A DNA stretch of 64,000 nt from an uncultured delta proteobacterium (GTDB lineage Bacteria; Myxococcota; UBA727; VGSZ01): contig CAVZJB010000017.1 in NCBI GenBank assembly GCA_963775425.1, forward strand, positions 384,001 to 448,000, given 5' to 3'. Positions 27,582 to 35,717 of this stretch are shown here, one piece after another. The position numbers and the translations under genes are program-made. Below the pieces are notes generated by a model. It saw nothing but the letters and a program-made list of their open reading frames with translations. It was not told where the DNA came from and did not search any database. Positions within the stretch are counted from its first letter, which is position 1. Each line of letters opens with the position of its first letter.

Positions 27582-30500
27582 ATGGCGGCGTTGCCGACGA
27601 CGCCGACTCCGACCGATATCGGGAAGTACCGGATCCGCGGCGTCCTCGGGCGCGGCGGGATGGGCGTCGTGTACGACGCCGGCGACGACGAGCGCCGCGT
27701 CGCCGTCAAGACGGTCCTCGGCACCAAAAACAAGTTCGTCCACGCCGTGCGCCGCGAGATCCACGCGCTCGCGCGCCTCCGGCACCCGGGCGTCGTGGCC
27801 ATCGTCGACGAGGGCACGCACGAGGGCGCGCCCTGGTACGCGATGGAGTTCGTGGACGGGCTCACGCTGCGCGGCTGGGCGCGGGCGCTCGCCCTGCGCC
27901 ACACCGCCGCCGGCAAGGCGCCCGGCGGCGACGACGAGGGCGCGCCCGGCGGTGAGGCGTTCGTCGACGCGGTGTGCACCGGGCTCGGCACGGAGGGCGC
28001 CACGGTCACGCACGCGGGCGGCCTCATGGCGCCCATCGCCGGCACCGAGAGCTCCCGGGAGGAGACCACCGGCCGCCGCGGCCAACACACCGGCCTGCCC
28101 CTGCCCGCCGAGGCGCTGCCCGAGGTGCTCGTCGTCGCGCGCCGGCTGTGCCTGACGCTCGAGTACCTGCACAGCCGCGGCCTCGTGCACCGTGACCTCA
28201 AGCCCGACAACGTCATCGTCAAAGAGGGCGGGCGCCCGGTCGTGGTCGACTTCGGCCTCGTGTTCCACGCCACCGGCGTCGTCGGCCGCGAGAGCATCGA
28301 GGAGCTCGCGCTCCTCGGCGCGGGGACCGCGAGCTACATGGCGCCCGAGCAGGTCCGCGGCGACGGTGTCGACGCCCGCGCCGACCTCTACTCCCTCGGC
28401 GCCATCCTGTTCGAGCTCGTCACGGGCCATACGCCCTTCGAGGGCAATTCGAGCCTCGCGGTCTTGAACCAACACCTCAACGGCGAGACGCCGTCGCTCG
28501 CCGCGGCCTCGCCTTGGGTGCCGCCGGCGCTCGACGCGCTCGTGACGTCGCTGCTCGAAAAGAAGGCGCAGGACCGCCCGGCCAACGCCGCGCTGGTCGC
28601 CACGCGGCTCGCGGACATCGCGCGCGACGTCGCCGGCGCGGACGCAGCCGGCGACGCGGTCGGCGCCGACGACGGCGACGGCGGCTACGCGACGCCGCCG
28701 CGGCCGTTCCTGTACCGGCCCGCGCTCGCGGGACGCGCCGCGGTGCTCGACGCGCTCGACGACAGGCTCGCGCGCCTCGACAAGCGCGGCGACCGCGGCG
28801 GCGTGGTTTTGCTCGTGGGCCCGAGCGGCATCGGCAAGACGCGCGTGGCGCTCGAGGCGGCGCGGCGCGCGGCCGGCGACGGCGCCCTCGTGCTCGCCGG
28901 CGAAGCGAGCGCGCGCGGCGCGCGGCCGCTCGCGCCGCTGCGCAAGGTGCTGCAGGTGGTCTCCGAGAAGTGCACCGTCGGCGGCGCGCAGAAGACCACC
29001 ACGCTGGTCGGACAGAACGCAAAGATCTTCGCCGCCTACGAGCCGTCCTTCGTCGTCGTCCCCGGCTTCGAGCTGTTCCCCGATCCGGAGCCCCTGCCCG
29101 CCCCCGAGGCGCGCCGGCGCCTGCTCGCGTCGCTGCGCACCACCCTCGACAACCTCGCGCAGGAGCAGCCGCTCCTCGTCATCATCGACGACCTGCAGTG
29201 GGCCGACGAGCTCACGCTCGCGTTCCTCGATCACCTCGCCGCGTCCGAGGACGCCGACGCGCCGTTCATCGTCCTCGCCACCGTGCGCGCCGAGGAAGGC
29301 GAAGAGGTCGTGGAGGCGCTCGGAGATCACCCGCGCTCCTCCGTGCTCCGCCTCGATCGCCTGACGGAGGACGCCGTGCGCGAGATGATCGACGGCGCCC
29401 TCGGCGTCGCCGCGCCGGACGGCCTCGTCCAGCTCGTCGAGGAGCGCGCCGGCGGCGTCCCCTTCTGGGTCGGCGAGGTGCTCCACGCGGGCGTGCTCGC
29501 GCATTTGCTCGAGCGCGACGAGGCGGGCGCCTGGTGCACGCGCGACGCGCGCGCCGCCGCGCTCCCCTCCGCGCCCGCGGAGATCCTTGGCCTGCGCCTG
29601 AGCGCCGTCGGCGACGACGCGCGCGCCGTCCTCGACGCCGCCGCCGTCCTCGGCCGCGGCGCGCAGCCGGGAGTGGTGCAGGAGGTGAGCGGCATCGACG
29701 AGCTGCGCGCGCTCGAGGCCATGAGCGAGCTGCGCGCCGAGCAGATCCTGGACGACGACCCCGACGAGGGCGTGCGCTTCACCCACGACAAGCTCGCCGA
29801 GGCCGCCTACGCGCTGCTCGACGGCGAGCGGCGCGCGGCCCTGCACGGGCGCGCGGCCGCGGTGCTCGAGGCGCGGGCGCCCGCCGGCTCCGGCTCCGGC
29901 GCCGACGGCGGCGGCTCCGTGCGCGCGCCCTCCGACCTGAGGCCCGCGCTCGACGGGCCCGCGCTCGCCGAACAGCTCGCGTGGCACCACGAAAACGCCG
30001 GCGCCGCCGCCCGCGCCGTCGAGTACTGGCTCGTCGCCGGCGACGGCTCGCGCCGGCTCTCCGCGTTGAAAGACGCCGAGCGATGCTACGAGCGCGCCTG
30101 CGCCCTCCTCGAGAAGCTCGGCGACGTCGCGGGCCTGGCGAAGACGTTGATGAAGCTCGGCCTCGTGCACGCCGCCGTGTTCGACAGCGCCGGCGCGCAG
30201 CGCTCCTACCAGCGGGCGTTCTCGCTGTGGGCGGAGCTCGAGGGGACCGCGGCGGGGCTGTCGGCGCAGCCGCCGACGGCGCGCATCCGCGTCACCAACC
30301 AGCCAAAGAGCCTCGACCCCGCGCGCGCGTACGACTCCGACTCGCTCTTCGTCCAGGCGCAGCTCTTCGAGGGCCTCGTCGAGCTCGACGTCGACGCGAA
30401 CGTCCTGCCCGCCGCCGCCTCGAGCTGGGAGATCTCCGCCGACGGCCGCACCTGGCTCTTCCACATCCGCGACAACGCGCGGTGGAGCGACGGCACCCCG

Positions 30501-31793
30501 CTGCGCGCCGCAGACTTCGAGCTCGCGTGGAAGCGCGTGCTCGACCCGCGGCTGCGCTCACCGGTGGCGCAACTGCTGTACGTGCTCGACAACGGGCGCG
30601 CCTATCACGAGGGCAGCATCACCGACCCGCACCTCGTGGGCGTGCGCGCCACGGGCCAAAAGACCCTCGAGGTGAAGCTCGGCGCGCCGAGCGCCTACTT
30701 GCTGAACCTCTTGTCACACCCGTGCACGTTCCCCATCCCGGCCAAGACCTTCTTCGAGCACGGGCATCGCTGGACGGCGCCTGGGGTGATGGTCTCCAAC
30801 GGCGCCTTCGTGCTCGAGGAGCGCGAGCGCCTCCTCGTGCGCCTGCGCAGAAACCCGCTGTTCACCGGACGCGCCGAAGGCAACATCGCCGAGATCGAGG
30901 TGAACGCGTACCGCAACTACGGCGAGACGCTCGAGGCCTTCGACCAGGGCCACCTCGACATCCTCGACATGATCGCCGCCGACGCCGACGTCCTCGCGTC
31001 CGCGCGCGCGCGCACCAAGGCCGGCACCGGCGAGCTGCGGTTCCTGCCGCTGCACTCCACGCAGTACCTCGTGCTGCGCGCCGACCGCCCCCCGCTCGAC
31101 GACGAGCGCGTACGCAAGGCCCTCGCTCTCCTCATCGATCGCGACGCGCTCGCGGCCAAGCTCGCGGGCACGTCACACCTCGTCGCGCGCGGCGGGTTCA
31201 TCGCCACCGGCGTCGCCGGACACACGCCGTCGCTCGCGCTGCGCTTCGATCCCGAGCGCGCGGCGGCGCTCTTCGCCGAGGCGGGCTTTCAGACCCCCGG
31301 CGATCTGCCGCCGCTCGTGTGGCTGCACACCCACGGCCTCGGCGACACCACGCTCCTCGAGCTCGTGCGCGACGCGTGGGCGGCGTTCGGCGTGCGCATC
31401 ACCATGCGCGAGGTGGACTGGAACGACTACGAGCGCGCGCTCCGCGACGATCCCCCGCACGTCGTGCTCGGCGGTTGGATCGCGGACTACCCCGATCCGG
31501 ACACGTTCCTGCGCGCCGTGTTTCACTCGGTGGAGGGGGCGGAGAAGATCGGCTGGAGCGATCCGCGCTTCGATCAGCTCGTGGAGGAGGCGTCACGCAC
31601 AGCGGATCCGCGTGCGCGTGAGGAGCTCTACGGCGTCGCGGACCACATGCTCGTCGCCGACAAGGCGGTGGTGGTGCCGCTGAGCTATGGACAGAACCCG
31701 GTGCTGCTCAGAAAGAGCGTGCGCGCATTCCCGGGCGCAGGCTCGTACCTGCGCCCGATGAAGAACGTGGTGGTGGACGAGGGGACGTCCTGA
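27582..31793 (+). CDS. Ser/Thr kinase - AAA/STAND ATPase - TPR - OppA-like (family 5) solute-binding domain fusion
   Basis: GRGGMG, VAVK, HRDLKPDN, DFG, YMAPE; GPSGIGKT, IIDDLQWAD; SLDP, ARWSDGTPL, GWIADYPDP; start may be TTG 27591. Confidence 0.9.
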   Translation: MAALPTTPTPTDIGKYRIRGVLGRGGMGVVYDAGDDERRVAVKTVLGTKNKFVHAVRREIHALARLRHPGVVAIVDEGTHEGAPWYAMEFVDGLTLRGWARALALRHTAAGKAPGGDDEGAPGGEAFVDAVCTGLGTEGATVTHAGGLMAPIAGTESSREETTGRRGQHTGLPLPAEALPEVLVVARRLCLTLEYLHSRGLVHRDLKPDNVIVKEGGRPVVVDFGLVFHATGVVGRESIEELALLGAGTASYMAPEQVRGDGVDARADLYSLGAILFELVTGHTPFEGNSSLAVLNQHLNGETPSLAAASPWVPPALDALVTSLLEKKAQDRPANAALVATRLADIARDVAGADAAGDAVGADDGDGGYATPPRPFLYRPALAGRAAVLDALDDRLARLDKRGDRGGVVLLVGPSGIGKTRVALEAARRAAGDGALVLAGEASARGARPLAPLRKVLQVVSEKCTVGGAQKTTTLVGQNAKIFAAYEPSFVVVPGFELFPDPEPLPAPEARRRLLASLRTTLDNLAQEQPLLVIIDDLQWADELTLAFLDHLAASEDADAPFIVLATVRAEEGEEVVEALGDHPRSSVLRLDRLTEDAVREMIDGALGVAAPDGLVQLVEERAGGVPFWVGEVLHAGVLAHLLERDEAGAWCTRDARAAALPSAPAEILGLRLSAVGDDARAVLDAAAVLGRGAQPGVVQEVSGIDELRALEAMSELRAEQILDDDPDEGVRFTHDKLAEAAYALLDGERRAALHGRAAAVLEARAPAGSGSGADGGGSVRAPSDLRPALDGPALAEQLAWHHENAGAAARAVEYWLVAGDGSRRLSALKDAERCYERACALLEKLGDVAGLAKTLMKLGLVHAAVFDSAGAQRSYQRAFSLWAELEGTAAGLSAQPPTARIRVTNQPKSLDPARAYDSDSLFVQAQLFEGLVELDVDANVLPAAASSWEISADGRTWLFHIRDNARWSDGTPLRAADFELAWKRVLDPRLRSPVAQLLYVLDNGRAYHEGSITDPHLVGVRATGQKTLEVKLGAPSAYLLNLLSHPCTFPIPAKTFFEHGHRWTAPGVMVSNGAFVLEERERLLVRLRRNPLFTGRAEGNIAEIEVNAYRNYGETLEAFDQGHLDILDMIAADADVLASARARTKAGTGELRFLPLHSTQYLVLRADRPPLDDERVRKALALLIDRDALAAKLAGTSHLVARGGFIATGVAGHTPSLALRFDPERAAALFAEAGFQTPGDLPPLVWLHTHGLGDTTLLELVRDAWAAFGVRITMREVDWNDYERALRDDPPHVVLGGWIADYPDPDTFLRAVFHSVEGAEKIGWSDPRFDQLVEEASRTADPRAREELYGVADHMLVADKAVVVPLSYGQNPVLLRKSVRAFPGAGSYLRPMKNVVVDEGTS

Positions 31794-31815
31794 CGCCGGA
31801 ACGTGCTGAGGCGGG

Positions 31816-32004
31816 TCAGCCGCTCTTCTGATCGTCGGGCGTCTCGATCCACTTCTGCTTCACGGCGTCGACGAGCTCCTGGCTCACCTGGAGCTTGTGC
31901 TCGGTGTGCACATGCTCTCCGGCGGCCTGCAGCACCTCTTCCTCAGTGCCATGCGCCTCGAAGTTGCAGTCGAATCCGTGGTCACGACAACGAACGAGCT
32001 TCAT
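31816..32004 (-). CDS. 62-aa small metal-binding protein (DUF1059-like)
   Basis: MKLVRCRDHGFDCNFEAHGTEEEVLQAAGEHVHTEH; strong RBS AGGAGAGG; appears only as the tail of a long spurious ORF in the track. Confidence 0.85.
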   Translation of the reverse strand: MKLVRCRDHGFDCNFEAHGTEEEVLQAAGEHVHTEHKLQVSQELVDAVKQKWIETPDDQKSG

Positions 32005-32027
32005 GGTGTTCCTCTCCTGCCGTGACG

Positions 32028-33560
32028 TTAGCGCTTTCGGGGAGAGCGGTCGACGATCTCGGTCTTGGCGTCCTCCGGTGTCCTCAACCCTACATGTGGC
32101 AGCACCCGCGCCTCCTTGAGCTCGTCGAGCCACGACGACACCGACCCGATGCCCACGTTCAGCTCGACGCAGACCTTGGCGAGCTCGTCGTGGAGCTCCG
32201 AGATCTCGGCCGTGCGCGCGAGGGGGTCGCGGGCGAGGCCGCCGGCGAGCGCGGCGGCGAGGCGCTCCGGGACGTCTTTGCGCACCTCGCGGAGATCGAG
32301 GATGGGATCGTTGAGCAGCGCGTGCATGGTGTCGACGTCGTTTTGGCGGCGGAACAGCGGGATGCCGATGAAGCACTCGTAGATGGTCACCGCCGCCGAG
32401 AAGATGTCGGTGCGGTGGTCCACGGGGAGCTCGCCCTCCTGCAACTGCTCGGGCGCCATGTAGGCGAGCTTGCCCTTGAGCTCCCCGGTCTTGGTGCGGC
32501 GGATGGAGTCGGCGGCCCGCGAGACGCCGAAGTCGGAGAGCTTGGCGATGCCCTCGCGCGACACGAGCACGTTTTGCGGCGACACGTCGCGGTGGATGAT
32601 GCGCAGGGGCCGGCCCTGCTCGTCGACGGACTCGTGGGCCGCCTTGAGCCCGGCGCACAGGTCGACGGCGATCTTGCACGCCACGGGCACCGGCATCTCG
32701 AGGCCCGCGCGTCGCGCGCCTCGCTGGATGACGGCGAGGTTCCAGCCGGCCACGTACTCCATGGCGATGAAGTAGCGCTGCCCGTCCCAGCCGAGGTCGA
32801 AGATCTGCACCACGTTCGGGTGGTTGATGCGGGCGGCGAGCCGCGCCTCCTGCAGGAACATGTCGACGAAGGTCTTGTCGTGCGCCATCTCCGGCAGCAG
32901 CCGCTTGAGCGCCACCTCCTTGGTGAAGTTGCCGGGGCCGATGCGCCGCGCCAGGGCGACGTCGGCCATGCCGCCCTTGCCGATCTGCCCCAGGATCTCG
33001 ATGCGCGCCTGCTGCGTGCCCGTGAGCGTGGGGCCCTCGGTGCCGCGAACGCGGTTGAGCCACGCGAGGAAGCCCTCCGGCGTGAAGTAGCGGAAGGGAT
33101 ACGGGCCGAGGTGCAGGCCGCCGCCGTCCTTGACGCGCACCGGCTGGCCGGGCTGAAGGCGGGTGGCGCCGAGGTAGGTCCCGTTCTTGGAGCCGGCGTC
33201 GTCGAGCTCGAGCTCGCCGTTTTCGCGGACCCGCAGTTGCGCGTGGATCTTGCTCAGCCGCTCGAGGTTGACGGTGACGTCGGCGGATCGGCTGCGGCCG
33301 ACGCTGACGCGCGGATCGCCCGCGACGGCGGTGCGCCCGTCGGCGGGGTGCTCGATGCGATAGACCGGCAGCAGGCTCACGTCGCTCGCGCGATCGACGT
33401 CGTGACCGGCCCAGGGCGTGACATCCACGACGGACTTGTCGTTTTGCACGAGCTGCACGAGCACGGGCGCCAGGGAGCGCTTGAGCTCGTCCTCGTCCTG
33501 TTCCAATACGCGCAGGTAATCGGCGACGGTTTTCACGCGGGTCCCGCGCCACGCTACCAT
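32028..33560 (-). CDS. FHA domain Ser/Thr protein kinase (cytoplasmic)
   Basis: FHA motifs VGRS, SKIHA, SKNGT; kinase motifs GKGGMA, HRDVSPQN, DFG, YMAPE; start may be GTG 33536. Confidence 0.9.
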   Translation of the reverse strand: MVAWRGTRVKTVADYLRVLEQDEDELKRSLAPVLVQLVQNDKSVVDVTPWAGHDVDRASDVSLLPVYRIEHPADGRTAVAGDPRVSVGRSRSADVTVNLERLSKIHAQLRVRENGELELDDAGSKNGTYLGATRLQPGQPVRVKDGGGLHLGPYPFRYFTPEGFLAWLNRVRGTEGPTLTGTQQARIEILGQIGKGGMADVALARRIGPGNFTKEVALKRLLPEMAHDKTFVDMFLQEARLAARINHPNVVQIFDLGWDGQRYFIAMEYVAGWNLAVIQRGARRAGLEMPVPVACKIAVDLCAGLKAAHESVDEQGRPLRIIHRDVSPQNVLVSREGIAKLSDFGVSRAADSIRRTKTGELKGKLAYMAPEQLQEGELPVDHRTDIFSAAVTIYECFIGIPLFRRQNDVDTMHALLNDPILDLREVRKDVPERLAAALAGGLARDPLARTAEISELHDELAKVCVELNVGIGSVSSWLDELKEARVLPHVGLRTPEDAKTEIVDRSPRKR

Positions 33561-33589
33561 GGCGTCGTGGTGACCCGCAGACCACCCCC

Positions 33590-34630
33590 ATGACGATCCT
33601 CGTCTACGGCGCCACCGGGTACACCGGCACGCTCATCGCCGAGACGTGCGCCCGGCGCCGCGTTCCCGCGACGCTCGCCGGGCGGACCGAGGCCCCGCTG
33701 CGGGCCCTCGCGGAGCGGGTCGGGCTCCCCTTCGTCGTCGCCGGCCTCGACGACGCGAGCGCCCTCGACGGCGCGCTGGGCGCCTGCGACGCGGTGCTCC
33801 ATTGCGCCGGCCCGTTCTCGCGCACCGCCGCGCCGATGGTCGACGCGTGCCTGCGATGCGGCAAGCACTACCTCGACATCACGGGCGAGATCGGCGTGTT
33901 CGAGGCCCTCGCCCGCCGCAGCGACGAGGCGGCGGCGCGGGGCGTGATGCTCCTGCCCGGCGTCGGCTTCGACGTCGTGCCGTCCGACTGCCTCGCGGCG
34001 CACCTGAAGCGGCGCATGCCGTCGGCCGTGCGGCTGCGCCTGTGCATCGCGTCGCTCGGCGCGCTCTCGCACGGCACCGCGACCACCATGGTCGAGCACT
34101 TCGCCGCGGGCGGCGCCATCCGGAAAAACGGCGTCATCGTGAGCGAGCCCGCCGCCGCCCGCCGCAGGACGTTCGAGGTGCGCGGGAAGAACCGCGACGC
34201 CGTGTCCATGCCGTGGGGCGACGTCGCCACCGCGTGGCGCTCGACGGGAATCCCCGACATCGAGGTGTACTTCGCGCTGCCCGCGCGCGTGCGGCGCATG
34301 CTGCAGCTCGCGAACCTCGCGGGCGCGCTGCTGCGCTCCGCGCGCGTTCGCCGCCTCATGCAGTCGTTCATCCCCCCCGGCGGTCCGAGCGTCGAGCAGC
34401 GCGCGCGCGCACAGAGCGTCCTCGTCGGCGAGGTCGAGGACGAGGCGGGGGCCTTCGCCTCGTCGCGCTTCACCGGCCCCGACGGCTACAATCTCACCGT
34501 CGAGACCGCGCTCCTGTGCGTCACGCGCGCGGCACGCGGCGACGCGAAGCCCGGATACCAAACGCCGGCGACCGCGTACGGACCGGACTTCGTCCTCGAC
34601 GTCCCGGGCACCGCTCGCGTCGACACGTGA
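33590..34630 (+). CDS. Saccharopine dehydrogenase-like NAD(P)-binding oxidoreductase
   Basis: YGATGYTG, CAGPF, YLDITGE, GFDVVPSD. Confidence 0.9.
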   Translation: MTILVYGATGYTGTLIAETCARRRVPATLAGRTEAPLRALAERVGLPFVVAGLDDASALDGALGACDAVLHCAGPFSRTAAPMVDACLRCGKHYLDITGEIGVFEALARRSDEAAARGVMLLPGVGFDVVPSDCLAAHLKRRMPSAVRLRLCIASLGALSHGTATTMVEHFAAGGAIRKNGVIVSEPAAARRRTFEVRGKNRDAVSMPWGDVATAWRSTGIPDIEVYFALPARVRRMLQLANLAGALLRSARVRRLMQSFIPPGGPSVEQRARAQSVLVGEVEDEAGAFASSRFTGPDGYNLTVETALLCVTRAARGDAKPGYQTPATAYGPDFVLDVPGTARVDT

Positions 34631-34643
34631 TAGCTTCCGCGCC

Positions 34644-35717
34644 GTGAAAGCGACCTGCAGGATCTCGCTCGCACCGGCGCTCGCCGCCCTCCTCCTCGCG
34701 TGCGCCGGCGGCTGCACCAAGGACAAGGCGGCCGCGCCGACCCGCCCGGCGGCGGCGGACGCACAGGCCGGCAAGCCCGCGGGGCCGCGCGTCGGCCTGG
34801 TGTTCGACATCGGCGGCCGCGGCGACAACTCCTTCAACGACTCCGCCGACCGCGGCCTGCAACGAGCCAAGAAGGAGCTCGGCGCCGACGTCGAGGTCAT
34901 CGAGCCCGGCGACGGCGCCGACCGCGAGAGCGCCCTGCGCCAGCTCGCGGCGAAGGGCAAGGACGTCGTCATCGGCGTCGGCTTCCTGTTCACCGACGAC
35001 GTCAACCGCGTGGCCAAGGACTTCCCCAAGCAGCGCTTCGCGTGCGTCGACTACTCCATCGACCCCAAGGATCCCGCGGCGGCGAGCAAGGTGCCGCCGA
35101 ACGTCGCGGCGCTCGAGTTCCGGGAGGAGGAGGGCAGCTACCTCGTCGGCGCGCTCGCGGCGCTCGTGTCCAAGACGCACACCGTCGGCTTCGTCGGCGG
35201 CATGGAGATCCCGCTCATCAAGAAGTTCGAGGCCGGGTTCAAGGCCGGCGTCGCCGCCGCCGACCCCAAGGCCAGGATCGTCGTGAAGTACGCCGGCGTC
35301 ACCGGCGACGCATTCAAGAACCCCGCGAAGGGCAAGGAGCTCGCGCTCGCCATCTACGCCCAGGGCGCCGACGTCATCTACCACGCGTCCGGCTCCACCG
35401 GACAAGGCGTGTTCGCGGCGGCGCAGGAGCAGGACAAGCTGGCCATCGGCGTCGACAGCGACCAGCAGGCGCTCGCGCCGGGCCACGTGCTCACGTCGAT
35501 GGTCAAGCACGTCGACGTCGCGGTCTTTCAGACCATCAAGGCCGTCAAGGAGGGCTCGTTCAAGGCGGGCGTGCACACGTTCGACCTCGCCGAAGACGGC
35601 GTCGGCTACGTGTACGACGACAAGAACAAGGCGCTCATCCCCGACGACGTGAAGGCCAAGCTCGACGCCATGCGCGGACAAATCGTGAGCGGGGCAGTGA
35701 AAGTCCCGTACGAGTGA
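34644..35717 (+). CDS. BMP family ABC transporter substrate-binding lipoprotein (nucleoside type)
   Basis: Lipoprotein signal, GGRGDNSFN, GFVGGM, AIGVDSDQ, SMVKHVD. Confidence 0.93.
   Translation: MKATCRISLAPALAALLLACAGGCTKDKAAAPTRPAAADAQAGKPAGPRVGLVFDIGGRGDNSFNDSADRGLQRAKKELGADVEVIEPGDGADRESALRQLAAKGKDVVIGVGFLFTDDVNRVAKDFPKQRFACVDYSIDPKDPAAASKVPPNVAALEFREEEGSYLVGALAALVSKTHTVGFVGGMEIPLIKKFEAGFKAGVAAADPKARIVVKYAGVTGDAFKNPAKGKELALAIYAQGADVIYHASGSTGQGVFAAAQEQDKLAIGVDSDQQALAPGHVLTSMVKHVDVAVFQTIKAVKEGSFKAGVHTFDLAEDGVGYVYDDKNKALIPDDVKAKLDAMRGQIVSGAVKVPYE

Noticed and set aside
31816-33591. 591-aa ORF in the track
   Set aside because: Only the last 62 codons are credible (own RBS, DUF1059-like); the rest overlaps the FHA-kinase out of frame.
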